Source of the DNA: Leidyana gryllorum EB-2025a
Lineage: Eukaryota > Protista > Apicomplexa
Reading direction: 5' to 3'
Length of the DNA stretch: 64,000 nt
Assembly (NCBI GenBank): GCA_048772705.1
Contig: JBLWGC010000224.1
Coordinates: forward strand, 187,710-251,709
Shown piece after piece: positions 1 through 12,657 of this stretch. The translations under genes were made by a program, and so were the position numbers. Each line of letters begins with the position of its first letter. The stretch's first letter is position 1. The notes below the pieces were generated by a model. The model was not told the DNA's origin. It searched no databases and worked only from the letters and a program-made list of their open reading frames with translations.

Positions 1-299
1 ACCGGCATGTTCGTCACCATCACTGACGGCATCATGATCACCGTTATCAACTTGATCTTTTACTTCCCCGGCCGGGACCGCTTCGACCTCGCCTTATGGC
101 TGGTCTTCGCCTTCTACATGATCCACGCCATCATTGAATGGACTTTAGGTAAGAATCAACACAAGCATTAGTCAAATCAGTTCACCAAATTCAATCAGGC
201 CCTCGATTAGTTAGACAACAACCCATGATTGACCGATCCTCCTCAGCGCCAACTGGAGCGTCTCCCCATACTGACTCCACATACTGCTCTGGACCTTAA
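1..299 (+). CDS. 3' end of a membrane protein (partial, runs off window)
   Basis: Open hydrophobic frame from nt 1 (MFVTITDGIMITVINLIF...LALWLVFAFYMIHAIIEWTL). GTAAGA..CAG intron at 149-198. Last exon ends TAA 297-299. Confidence 0.5.
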
Positions 300-674
300 G
301 CTGCCTTGCGTTTGGTCAACTTTTGGTCACGCAGATTGCGAATGCTCGAATGTAATAAACTTGAACATTCAGTGAAGAACCGGGTGACTTCTATCATATA
401 CTCTCCATAAATGTGCCACCTCTGCCTTACCCTTGTTCTCTGCAACGTTATTGTACAGTCGCTTCGTTTCTGCGAATTGCGAGAGCGACGCCTTTTTGCT
501 TTGATCACTTTCGCTCATCAATGAATCTAGAGTACGTGTACGTGCCTTCACGTATGCGGCGTATCCCTAGATATTGTCCACCGCATTGACCAAAAACGCT
601 CGGTATCTCACCTCAATTTCCTTCTCACACGCTCGGGTGCTCGCCCGCTGACTTCCCGCACCTTCGACGACCAT
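296..674 (-). CDS. Small (~100 aa) three-exon helical hypothetical protein
   Basis: ATG 674. Introns GTGAGA..TAG (611-567) and GTAAGG..TAG join three ORF-track fragments in frame: MVVEGAGS...KEIE/GYAAYVKAR...ENK/EVTRFF...KRKAA*. Confidence 0.55.
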
Positions 675-732
675 GTCTGTAGTACAAACACGTGTTTGGG
701 CGCGGGCGCGAACATGAAAAAAACGTGGCTCG

Positions 733-3064
733 ATGAGTCTGGACTTCTTCAAAGGCCTGCCAACGCTTATATCGTCGGGCCTCTCCACTGTCGTAACACA
801 ATCGCAATATGCGTACGATAAGACTGCCCTGGAGTCCTGGGGACCGTATGTAAAATGGAAGGTATAAGTCTCTGAATTGATGGATTGGCGACTCCTTCAC
901 GTTGGTCGGCAGCATGTTCCCGCCAGATTCAAGCAGCAACCGGAACAGGATGTGTCGCTCTTCGTTTTCGATCGAAGTAGTCTCAACGATATTCACATCC
1001 AGGATCGACTCTTGATCGACGCTATCAGACGCGAGGCGCAAATGTTGCAGCGCCTCCGTCATCCTTCGATCCTGTCTGTAGTATGTCCCTTCACTGAACT
1101 GAAGCAAATGCTTCTGATTGCGGTGAAGCCCATAGTTATGACATTGGACAGTGAGTGTGTTGTACTACCCACCTGAGGCACCCATTATCTTGCAACAGAA
1201 CGGATGCAAAGCCATCCGCTCTCAGTTCTGGAAGTCAAATTGGGATTGCTTGACATTGCAGAAGCTTTGGAGTTTCTCCATGAGAGTAGGTGACCAGAAT
1301 GATCCAATACTTTCCATGCAACTGGTCAACAGATGCTAATCTGTGTCATCGAAATCTGAGTCCTCACTCAATCTTTGTCGACCAAAAAGGAAGCTGGTTT
1401 CTGGGTGGCCTGGTGAGCGCGCTAGTAACACCTTCATTCGCCGGTTGCAGGGTCTTGCAGTGAGGGTTGTCGACGGTACTGGAGATTGTGATCAACCAAT
1501 AGGAGGGTGAGTTGCCTCCTGCTCATGCTACGTAAAGCTGCTATTCAGGCCGCGGCCTCTAAGCGATGGGACGTATGTCTATCTGGACCCGCCTGTCAAT
1601 TACTGTGCCCCCGAACTGACCGAAGGTTACCGAAAGGGTCGGTGTGGCGTGTGGTCGGATGTATTTTCATTCGGGTTGGTGGCGTACGAGGCTTTGAGTT
1701 TAGCGATGGGTCACGCGGACAGTCGCAGTACTGCTCGACTGATGTCCCCGGACACGAGCATTGGAAGTCACTGCACCACTGCAAGTAGTCTGTCTGCTGT
1801 GGTCGAGGCAGACCGTAAACTGCATCCGGAAATCCGAAGTCGGATAGCCGGAATGCTTCGTCGGGATCCGTCGCAGAGAACCCCTTTGTCCGCGTTACGG
1901 GAAAGCGCAGTTTTCTGTGATGTAAGGAGTCGCCAAAGGTTGCCCATATCCTTCCGCATCAGGAGGCCGTTGAGGCTTTGAGATTCATGGATCACTTCGC
2001 CGAGAAAGATTTAGCCTCCCGACGATCATTCCTTCAGAAGTTGTCGCCCATGTTGGAGACTCGTCCGGACTTCCAACAGGAGTACACCTTGTTACGCCAC
2101 CGGGTGCTGCCGGCTCTCTTGGAGCTTCTGACCAGACAGAGTATTACAATCTGGGCTGACGTCTTGAAACCCACCTTTATGATAGTCGAGAAAGTCAGAC
2201 TCCGGTGGCCGGGAGTATTTGAACCCGAAGTGTGGCCGAAGATTGTCCCCCTCCTCTCGGCTGAAGAGATATCAATTCCGACCGTTGTCGTTCTCGTTCG
2301 GAATCTGCCTCTGATGCTGACAGAGATCTCGACGGCTGTCAGTGGTGAATATCTGGTGCCCTTCATTCTGAAGTGCTTGAATATCCGGAATGCCGACATT
2401 CAGAATGCAGTTCTCGACATGCTGCCCACCACCCTACGCTATCTACAAGACAGTCCGCTGAAGAACAGAGTTCTGCCCCACGTCCTCACCCTGATCAGCA
2501 GCGACTCGAGTAGGTGAAACCGCGTAACATTACTACGTCAAATACTGTCAGGCTCTCCGCCGTTCCGAGTTCGTGGACTTGGTACGCTGGCTAACCTGGC
2601 TACCATGTTTGACCGGGAAACTATCATTTCGCTCATAATACCCGCTGTGGCCGCCGCCTGCAGCATCGATCGCAATTCTGAAACCGTCATGGCGGCTTTC
2701 CACTTATTCAAAGCCCTATCTGTTAACCTGGGACCTGAATTGACAATGCAGCATATATTACCCTCCGCTGCACCCCTCCTGGGTGGGTTTACTGCTAGGT
2801 CTACGATACTTCATTTTGGTTCAGTCAATCCCTTCTTGGACAGTGACGAATTCGAGTCGTGCTATGAGGTGGTCGAGCAGGCCTTATTAAAGGTGAGTGA
2901 TCCGCTCAAAGCCAGAAACACACGTGTATGTCGGTGCTCAGCTGCGGTCGATCCGCAAGGGGAGCTCTTCACCGGTGTCTAAGGTGTCAAGAAGCACTCA
3001 GCAGGCCCACAGAGAAGTGCGGACGGCTCAATCTGAGATGCCACCCCTGCTGGACTTCACTTGA
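733..3064 (+). CDS. SCYL2: SCY1-like (SCYL2/CVAK104) pseudokinase with HEAT repeats
   Basis: REAQMLQRLRHPSIL, LLDIAEALEFLHE, CHRNLSPHSIFVD, YCAPE and SDVFSFG kinase-fold motifs without HRD/DFG, followed by HEAT-like repeats. Several short GT-AG introns. Confidence 0.8.
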
Positions 3065-3149
3065 TTGAGGAGCGCGACTTTGAAGGAAAAAGTCCTGTAA
3101 GGCTAGGACAAACTCGGTGGCAACGACGTGAAGACGAATTGAGCACGGA

Positions 3150-4652
3150 ATGTGGGGATATGACTCTTTCTACAAGACACCGGGTGGTGGAGAGCCTCCC
3201 AAAGCCCCGTATTCGTCAGGAGTTCGACTGGAAGAGCTTTGGGATTGGAATCGCTGGAGGGTCACTGTGACCTGTCCTGGGCTAAGTGCCTATCTGGAGG
3301 CGGTTGACGAGCCCTTTTTGGACGTGTTCGCAAAGTTTAAGGTTGAAACTGAGTTTTACACCGATTATGAAGTCAATTTTTGCTTGAGCACTGTCCTGAA
3401 ACGCCTACTTGGTTACGTGGTAAGAACACTCGATTTTGGCCATGACTGTCTGTGTGTTTAGAATGGATATGATAGCACTTTGGTGAAGATTTCTCGACGG
3501 GTCGGCCAATTTGAGTATTGCTTCAGATATGGAACCCTTTATTTTCATGTGTTGGCGAGTCCCGTTGAGCATGAGGTCCCAGCGAAAACGATCTGGGAGC
3601 GCTCCGGGGTGATGCCGCCCGAGGAGCTCTGCTCCGAGCATTTTGCCCCCTTGAGTCAGCATCTGATGTCGGCCGGAAGGGGACGACAGCTGGCTCAGAG
3701 GGAGGACGAAAGAAGCTTAAGAAATGAGATGATCCAACTGTTGCGCCGAGTTCAATCAGAGCAGAGACGCGTTTTATTGCTGCGGAATCTGACAAATAGA
3801 AATTGCAAGAGATATCTGGAAGACCTGATTTGGTCACACCCTGCCCCGCCAGCTCGCAGGGTGCGAGTGCGTCGAATACAAGTGGACAGCAGCGAGTCAG
3901 AGGGCGAAAAGCAGATGGGGGACGGGGTCTCTGAAGGGCGCAGGTCAATGCTGTCTGTGGTTTCGAGCGTCGACAATCCGGGGTCGGTGGCGGACCATTC
4001 TGGTAGACCGAGTTCAGGTCCATCCAGTCCACCAAGTCCACCAAGTCCGCCAGGTGCAGCACAAGTCTCTTCACTGGCTGCGGAGATAAAAGTTGCCCTT
4101 ACCAGACTGATTGTGCCGCCCCCGGAGGAGCTCCGGTCGCCAGCACGACCAGCGATTATTAACGCAGAGCAGCAAGATGATGATCCGGGAGCCCCAGTCG
4201 CAGAGCAGAGCCAAGCCGGGGAAACAACTCTGCCCTCGAGTGAAAGTTCTGCCCAAGCGGCTGTGAATATTGCAGACAGCGACGATCTTGAGTGGGTGGT
4301 GCCCCACCGCACTTCGACCGTGAGAGACGTACTGATTGAGGTGCCAGGCTCATACCGTCGACTCCCACCACATCGTCACAGAAGGGAGCAGCACGGCGGC
4401 GGCACGCGGAGACCTGCGCATCTTACTACCTCTGCTGCCCGGCGAGCGAGACGCCGACGGCGGTTGCGACAACAAGAACGGCGGCGACACAGAAGATTAC
4501 CGGACGATCGGTGGGGCGGGCCGAACTTTCCACCTCCGCCATCGTCGGCCGGAGGCGGAGGCGGGACGGGAGGCGGAGGTGGGAGTTCGGGGGCTGGTGG
4601 GGGGGGTGGGATGTCTGGGGGTCGTCGATTGCTCACTGTAGGATGTCTCTAG
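3150..4652 (+). CDS. Hypothetical protein: globular N-terminus, Ser/Pro-, Arg- and Gly-rich tail
   Basis: ORFs 3150..3461 and 3480..4652 are in the same frame and joined by a 42-nt GTAAGA..TAG intron (3420-3461). Confidence 0.6.
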
Positions 4653-4760
4653 CCGTCATAAAGTTGCATGGATATATATTAGTTGTTTGGGGAATTAGCT
4701 CACATGTGCAGCAAGGTCGGAGACTTGTAGAGGCGCGTCAGCTTTGTCAAAGAGGCTATC

Positions 4761-7733
4761 ATGATGCAGTGAGTATATTTAGAGACTCCACACCGACGCC
4801 CGCAGGCTCATCAGCTCTGTGAAGCGTCGAATGGTGAGGATTTGCCCAACCACGTCAATCTTTCCGGAAGGGGCAGAGCAGCCGAGAAGGGCATCATGCA
4901 AGCCAGCCGGACCATGCTCATGTAGCAACGCCCACGGCTCAACAGACCTTCTCTACACGACCCAGTTTTATCCCTCTTAACTCTTCTTCTGGTAAACATC
5001 ATCGTCGTTCATGCCTTGCAACTAACCTCTACCCATGTCAAGGACACGAAGGGTCCGAGGACCCCTCTTCCCCGTCTAATCCCATCCAAGCATCACAACC
5101 CCCGCCGCAGCCGCAACAAAGTCGGGGACGTGCGTCCATCCGTAGCTCGCAATCCGCTCCCCGACCGGCCTCGTCGGCTCCAATGCTGCAAGCAAGTTCC
5201 AGCGACAACGTGTGGAGCAGCACCAGCGGATCCGCCCCCCCTGCCCCAACTGGCGGACCGGCCAGGTCAAACTCGGCTCAATCAGCCCGTAATGCCAGCA
5301 AGCTAAAAGCGCCACAATGGGGGGGGAATGGGGACACTCCCCAGTCATCGGCCATCTGTAAGCTCTATTGCCTCGTTCCAACCAGTACTCCCCATTTGTT
5401 GACCGCACACCAGACTTGCTACAGCAAGATAGTTTCGGCGCAATTGTCAAATCCTGTAAGTCTACTGTCCCAACGCCACCCGCCCACTCGCTGCTGCGTC
5501 TCTAGGCGATGTGGCCAAGCCAAGTGAGGAGTTGCGGCCGTCATCTTCACCTTTTGGATCTTCTTCGCCTTCCAAGAAGACCTCGGAGTGTCAAGGATTG
5601 CTGGTGCGGAAAGCTTCACCCGACGCTTTTGCCCAAGAACTACACCTGCGAGGTATTCCCTAACCTAATTTCCCCCACCAAAGACGCCTCTCTCCCCTTA
5701 TCACGCTGACCAACAAGATCATAGTATCCCACATACAATGCATCCAGCCTTTTATGCCCACCATCCCCCCCCGCTTCTGGGGCAACTTCACTTTCGACTG
5801 CTTCAGAGGTGCCAAATCATGAAGTTTTGGAAGTTCTGCGTCGAAAACTCAACCTCTGCGCTTCGGTTATCTTCGACTTCAAGCCGAATAGCGCCGACTT
5901 GTGGCTTGACGCCAAAGAGGCCAAGAAAGCGACTCTGAATGAAATCCTGGACTTCGTGACCAACAGTGACAGACGATCTGTTCACCTCGAACAGGTTGTG
6001 GAGGAGCTTATTGAGATGGTGAGCAATCACCACGAGTCGTGTGTGGTCTGTTCGTACTTGTGTGTGCCCGTGTGCTGTGCCGGAGACGGAGACGTATGCC
6101 ATCTCTTGCCACCGGCACCGTCCGACACTTACATCCATGCCTGTATATACTTCATCTTGACGTAAAGTCACTCGCGACCTTTATTGGTGGAATCAAGATC
6201 CACGCCCACTGTTCAGATTTCTGCCAATATATTTCGACCGCTTCCACCGTCCACAAGCGCCACCTCTTCGATGTTACTGAACGATCCCGAAGAGTTGGAA
6301 CCGATCTTGGAGGTTTCGTGGCCCCACTTGTCCCTGGTGTATGAGATCCTCCTGAAGTTTGTCATGTCAACCGAAGTGAATCCGAAGACCACCAAGAAAT
6401 ATATTGACCACGCTTTCGTATTGAAAGTGAGTGGGTTTGTAGAAAGTAAATTGAGCTGTTTGTTCAGTTGTTGGAACTGTTCGCGTCGGAGGACCCGCGC
6501 GAACGTGACTACTTGAAAACGATCATGCATCGAGTGTACGGGAAGATCATGGCTTTACGAGCGTTCATACGGAAGGCTATTCAGCATGTCTTCTTCCGCT
6601 ATGTGCATGAGGACGATAGCCAACATGGTGTGTCGGAGTTACTTGAGATTTTGGGTTCGATCATCAACGGCTTCGCTCAACCATTGAAAGAGGAGCACAA
6701 ACTTTTCCTGAAGCGGTCGATGATTCCTCTCCACAAGTCGCGGCATTTGGTTTCATATCATCAGCAGCTCACCTACTGTATGACTCAGTGAGTGCCGGCC
6801 TGAGTCTGACGGATCGAGTGCATTTGTAATCAGATATATCGAGAAGGACAACAAATTGGTTGAACCAATTATCAAAGGGCTCCTGCGTTACTGGCCTGTC
6901 ACTAACACACCAAAGGAAGTCCTCTTCCTGAATGAGGTCGAGGAGGTGGGTGGAAAGTCCTAGCGTTATGTCCTCCTTGTGCTGCTTTACTGCGCATCAT
7001 CCTGGGAGATACACACACATATACACACTCATTCCAGATACTGGAGCTAACTCCACCACCGGAGTTCGTAAAGATCATGGAACCTCTGTTCCAACGTATG
7101 GCCATGTGTATCCAGAGCCCTCATTTCCAGGTGAGCCGGGAGGTGTCTGATTGGTTGTTGTTGGCGTGCGTTTGTGTGTAGGGGGCCGGCCGCGCGCGTG
7201 TCTCCTTGTGTGCTCCGGGTGGGTAGTGGTCATCTCACGGTTTTGTGATTGAGCAGGTGTCGGAGCGAGTGCTCTTTCTGTGGAACAATACGCGCATAGT
7301 GAAGCTGATCAACGCGAACAAAGAGGTACGACTTGATGGGTGCGGGGGATTGCGTATGCTTTGATGACGCGCAGCAATTATTCCCCATTGTGATTGGAGC
7401 CCTCTATAAGAATACCAAAGATCACTGGAACGTGTAAGACTTTGAGGGCGTTTGTTCCGACTTGACTGACGGCTGGTTGCAGAACGGTACACGGGCTGAC
7501 GTTCAATGTTTGTAAGCTCTTGGCTGAGGCGGATCCTCACTTATTTGATCATGTGAATGATGAAAATCTGAAGAATCAAGAGAGGTGGGTTCCGACGATT
7601 GGCGAGTTCCGTGTTTCAAGTGATGTTGTTGCCTGTGTGTGTTCTCAGAAAGCGAAAGGAGCGAGAGAGGAGGCGGCTCATGTGGCAGACATTGAAGCGC
7701 ACCTCCGAAGAAGGTGGTGCGGTGCAACGATGA
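4761..7733 (+). CDS. PPP2R5: Protein phosphatase 2A regulatory subunit B' (B56)
   Basis: [83 protein letters not shown] across >10 exons. The 5' exons ([12 protein letters not shown]...) are less certain. Confidence 0.95.
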
Positions 7734-7859
7734 AAATGATAACTACTTTTTGCCGTCCATCCATCCGTCTATCCATCCCTCATCTGCCATCACTCACCAT
7801 CGAGGAGCTGCTGTTCTTGTGTGTTCTTTCTCATCCACCAAGAGAGGCGGCTTTCTCAA

Positions 7860-8828
7860 CTATATTTGTGGGCTCGGTAGTTGCACGGATACGGGAGTTG
7901 CCGTTGTGTTAGTGTTGGTCCTGGGAGTGGGTGGAGAGGAAGAGGAAGCAGCTTCGGCGGGCGGCAAAGTACTGCTGCCGCTACCTCGTTTGACAGGGAC
8001 GGACCCCGTCAGGTTCTGTATGGAGGAAAGATGATCCTTGACCGCTTGTTCCCTCTTCAGCATGTCGCCCTCCTCTTCATCCAACTCGGCTTCCACCCGC
8101 TCCAACTCCGCCTCCGCCTCTTCTAACTTGGCAAAGAAGGTCGCAATGGCGTTCAGTTGGCCTTGCACGCGGGCGAGCTCCTGTTGTGATTGAATATTGA
8201 GAAACACATCATCACAACTCGAGTGAGTGGGTAACGGGGGCGCCCGCCGGATTCAGACAGATCGCCCACCGACATACAGAGAGGGAGAAAGTGAGGGAAA
8301 CAGAGGGAAACAGAGTGAGAACAGACTGCTCGCGAACAAACAATCCGTCCATTCATTCCTCCATCCCCGGCCGTCCGACCATTGCTCCACGCCAGGCCGT
8401 CCAACCATTGCTCCACGCCAGGCCGTTCATATGCATAGAGCGAGCAGCACTTACCTCCTCAGCCTTTGTCTTATCCGCCAGGAGTTCGCTTCGGCTTTCT
8501 TCGAGCTACGATCCAAAGTATGAGGGCGGTGTGTTACCGGTAGAACCGAATTGAAGGGACAGTCGCGGACATATCTCACCTTCTTCCGACGTTTTTGATG
8601 CTGGGGAGGAGGACTGAGTTTGCAGAAGAGAAGAGGCAGCTCACTATGATGCGTTGCTTAGCATTCTGAGCTCTGCGCTGGCGACAACGCACTACCCAGG
8701 CTTCCGTGGAGTCCAAGGCATGCTTGATTTTGATCTCCACAGCTTCCGACTCACCCTTCCGCACCTCTAACTACAACATGACAGGACAGTTGCAGTCACA
8801 CGCGCTCACGGGTACAACACCAAGCCAT
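7860..8828 (-). CDS. Coiled-coil protein with N-terminal MAWCC
   Basis: Five small exons with canonical GT-AG introns give MAWCCTQVRKGESEAVEIK...LEESRSELLADKTKAEE/ELARVQGQLNAIATFFAKLEEAEAELERVE..., which has a heptad pattern. Confidence 0.5.
8369..8426. repeat. 26-bp tandem repeat, ~2.2 copies (intronic)
   Basis: GGCCGTCC(G/A)ACCATTGCTCCACGCCA at 8369-8394 and 8395-8420, then GGCCGT. Confidence 0.9.
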
Positions 8829-8933
8829 GAATTCAAAATTGCTTCCAGCTTTTTAGTCAGAGAGATTCAGAGAGGGGAGAGGGAGACGACCTATCTGTAG
8901 AGAGTGTATATATGGAGTGAGGCATGAGTCGTT

Positions 8934-10480
8934 CTAAAGGATACTGTCTCGCACAAATGGTCCCGCCGTGGACCATAATGTGTCGTACTCTGGTGCCACA
9001 AAATGGTCTGACTGAGACCCAAAGAGCCCCGCTGACTGAGAAAGTGCGTCTTGACTAGTGTCGTACGGCGTGGGGGCCGTGTCGTAATACTGAGAGGAAC
9101 CCCAGCTACTCCCGGCAGCTGGCGGAGCCGCAGCATATGGGGCTTCTGCCGGCGGCGGAATCCAATCGGGAGCTGCCCCCCCCACTTCAGGAACCGTCGC
9201 TGCCTGTGGAGACGGACGCTTTACAACCTGGGTCGTTTTCATTACTCGATCTCGTGGTGTGAGCCGAGATCGGTTATCCGGCACCGCCTTGGGCGAGGCC
9301 TGACGTCTCGCCCCCTGCCGCGCTTGCTTCCCATTCCGAGATTCAACGAACCGTCGCGAGATGTCCAACGCCTTCGTCCACAGGTTACAGATCTACAACA
9401 CCGCTAAACACCAGGAAGGAGGGGGAGTGACTAACATTCACACACACACACACACTTGCGAACACACACCTCAGTGGCACAAGTCCCCACATCCACACAG
9501 GAGTCTCACCCATCTTCCACACACACACCGTTACATAGTCGCACACAGGTCCACACAGCGTGAGAGGTTGTGTGTTCACACGACCTGCCACAGTGGCACA
9601 GACGACCCACACGACCCATCAGGTCACACACACACACACACTTAAGATATTGATGTCAGAGGGAGACACACAAGTCGGAGACGGGGACTGGTGGATGCGA
9701 GACACACACACACAGTAGGAGACACACACACACATGTGCACAGGACGGCGGGCAGATGGCGAGTGTCTGGCTGTCTGATGTGTGAGAGAGAGCAAAGACA
9801 ATGCGGGTGAGTGAGTGCGTGCAGGAGGCAGACACGGCATGATGGTAGTGGGTGGTGTACCGACCAAGGCAATTTTCAGGAGCTGTGGTATGGTAGCACA
9901 GCGTAGCTTGGCAATATCGTTGACTCTGTTGAGTGAAAGAGATTGGAGTGGGGGTCGAGTGAGCCAGATTCGGCTCACCGTTCCCTTAGCTCTGGTTTAT
10001 CTTTTATGGCGGCTCGAATAGCCGCCTTGAGCTCCATTCTCCCCTTTTCGCCGAGGGGGACTCGGTGGAATGCCTCGACATTATTAGGTGTCTCCGGTTT
10101 AGTTGCAGCCGACGGGGGAGGGGTGCCACCTATGCTGCTTGTCTAGAGAGAGAGAGAGAGGGCGAGCGCGCCGCGCACTTACTCTGCGGTGTCGCTGGGT
10201 CAAGCTGGTGATAGCAATAGGTGGCTGTGGGCTGGTTCTCGGAGTTCGCAGCGGTAGGAATATATTCGTGGGGCTTCGGGGGTGAGCCCGGTTTGAGACA
10301 AGAGGCATTGGTGGGAGTAGAGTAAGTAGGAGCAGTTGACGAAGCGTCGTAGGGTGTCCACTGGGTGAATGGGGCGGAAGAGGAAGTAGTCTCCGCGGGA
10401 GGTGGAGTTTCGCTCGACCCGGAGCCGCCGGCTGGGTAACCTTCGGCAAAGAGTCCCCAGCCATTTTGGTGTGGATACAT
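8934..10480 (-). CDS. Low-complexity protein with one compact helical domain; putative HDP1-like (homeodomain-like/HTH) DNA-binding protein
   Basis: Spliced model gives PLGEKGRMELKAAIRAAIKDKPELRE../VNDIAKLRCATIPQLLKIAL/ICNLWTKALDISRRFVE between P/S/T-rich arms. The gene model is supported by splice sites. The family call is from recall of alveolate HTH proteins. Confidence 0.5.
9393..9864. repeat. 472-nt intron filled with (CA)n/(GT)n microsatellites
   Basis: Multiple CACACA runs (~9439-9453, 9625-9642, 9702-9733) between the GTCGGT donor and the TAG acceptor. Confidence 0.8.
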
Positions 10481-10576
10481 AATCTGCTCTACCAACTGGG
10501 AGAAGAATCAACAAGACTTATGTTGTACATGAAGTGCCGAGAAGGGAGGTGCTAGACTATTCAAATTTTTTCCTCC

Positions 10577-12657
10577 ATGCCAGGCCGAGAGAATGAGATC
10601 TTCGACAATCTTCAAACCTGCGAGTATATATTCCTCGTCGTCAATCCCACTTCTGGAGGCAATGCGGCTCAATTCCTGCTGGACATGGGGTTCAATTACC
10701 TCCATTGTACACATCAGACCTCCGACAGACCCCCAGTCCAAGTAAAGCTCCTCATTAGTGATATTCGCAAGGGAAACTCTGGCGATAAGGACGTCTTCCA
10801 CATTCTCAAAGCTGTCGCACACGTCAAAGCTCAACAAAAGTCCTCCTTCATACCTCAAGTCCGCTTGCTCGTAGCAGGTGGAGACGGCACAGCAATGTGG
10901 GCTATCTCTGAGCTTCTCAAACACAAAATCAATCCCGACCACGTCGTCGTCGGAGTCCTTCCATTTGGCACTGGCAATGACTTCGCCCACGCAATGGGCT
11001 CTCATTTACACTGTAAAATACCTCACGAGGACCCTTTGACTCTGTAAGTCTTTTCCCGCCCTCCCTAAAAATCTACTCAAACCCCTCAGTATGCGACAAA
11101 TGATTGGCGAATGGCTGACAATGATACCGACAAACTTTGATCTTTGGCGGGTCACAGTCAGACTGCGGCCCGACGGAGTTTTCAAGAAGATTGACAGTAA
11201 AACACGCCAAAAAGTAAGTGTGTGCGCGCGTGTGTGCTCGATCAATCTTGTGTCAATTATTGATCTCAGAGGGTTGTTGAAGATGAGACTGGTCGAGCGG
11301 TCACTAAACTGGAGTTCTCCATGCTGAACTATATGAGTCTGGGGGTGGAATCTCGGATCGGTCTGGGATTTGACCGTAATCGTACCAAAAATCCAGTATT
11401 GAATCGAGGCGTAAGTAGAGGGTTTTGAACGCGCCGCCCGCAATTGACAATCTTCGCACGCAGGCTTACGTGATGGAGGGACTGAAGAAGGCCTTCTTCC
11501 ATCGAACGAAATTCATTGACAATCTGATCTCGGGTTTGTATTTGCAGCGTGCTCCTCAAGGTAGGTCCAAGTCTGGTTCGAAGACGACGACTTCTTCTCC
11601 CGCCGCCCCGTTGACAGCACCCTTTGAGACTGTTTTTCGTTGTCGGAGAATGTTATCGAAGACGGAGAAAATTAAGGAACTGTTGAAACCAGCAAGTTCG
11701 ATCGGAGGTGCCAGAAGAAGGGGTCGGATGGCCGCGTCAGATGGATCATTCCCAGCGGCCTCATCGCTGGAAAGCAGTCAAGATCTTGCGGCTACAACGG
11801 TTCAAGGAGAGTCATTTGAACAGGTTCCTGATGACGAGGAAGAGGGATTATTTCCCATAAATCCTGACAAAGACGCTGTCTTGGAACGTAAGTATGAATT
11901 ATCGAACAGATTCGACCACCTCCTTTCTGCCCCTCAGCTTGCGTATCGCTTCTATTTCTCAATATCCCCAGCTTTGCGGGTGGTTTGGATCCCTGGGCAG
12001 CAGCCGCTGGTAAACTGGGTGTGCGACTGCCACCGAGTGATACTCCAGTAAAGTTGGAGATGCAGACCATAGCTGCTGAGCCCTGTCCACAAGACTATGG
12101 AGACGGGATGCTGGAAGTCATTGGCTTCCAGTCGCTGATGGAACTGAGTCTGAGTAATCTGCAGCGCATAATGCCCAACGGACCCGCTGGCTGGAGACTG
12201 TTCAGGTCCAAAGGTCGCTTTGTGCTCTCCTTCCGTCACCGACTTGACGGAAAGCAACGCATCTACTTTCAGGTAGATGGAGAGTACTTTGCGGCCACAC
12301 GAATGAAAGAGTGAGTTATCTATCGCTTTGGCTGAGTCAAACAGTCAAACTCTCTCTCTGTGCAGCATTGAAATTCATCGAGAAGCAAGAGTCCGCGTGT
12401 TGACTCGACCTGATCGCGCACCGCCACAGACTTGTCCTTCTCCAGTGATTGCCAAATGGTCTCCATTCGGCAGTCCCCGTGGGTCGTCAAGTTTCGCGCA
12501 AGACGGCGCGCGTGTCGGCAGTCCTGTGGCCATGTCACCCCGGACCACTCGACCTCCCCATGTCGGCATCACTGAAACCCATGTAGCCCGGGTGGTCAGT
12601 GAGCATCTGATCCGCCAGATCCTGCCTGCAACCTTCACTTTGCAGCCTCATGTTTAG
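10577..12657 (+). CDS. Diacylglycerol kinase (catalytic + accessory domains)
   Basis: VNPTSGG, VAGGDGT, LPFGTGNDFA, FDLWRV, PQDYGDGMLEVIG and FQVDGE motifs. Multi-exon. Confidence 0.92.

Noticed and set aside
6076-6118. GTGCCGG..CCGGCAC hairpin in a B56 intron as a snoRNA
   Set aside because: Only a 7-bp stem; no clear C/D or H/ACA box arrangement.
8369-8426. 26-bp repeat as CRISPR-like array
   Set aside because: Direct tandem copies without spacers in a eukaryotic intron.
10508-11005. 165-aa - strand ORF
   Set aside because: Antisense to the DAG kinase catalytic exon.
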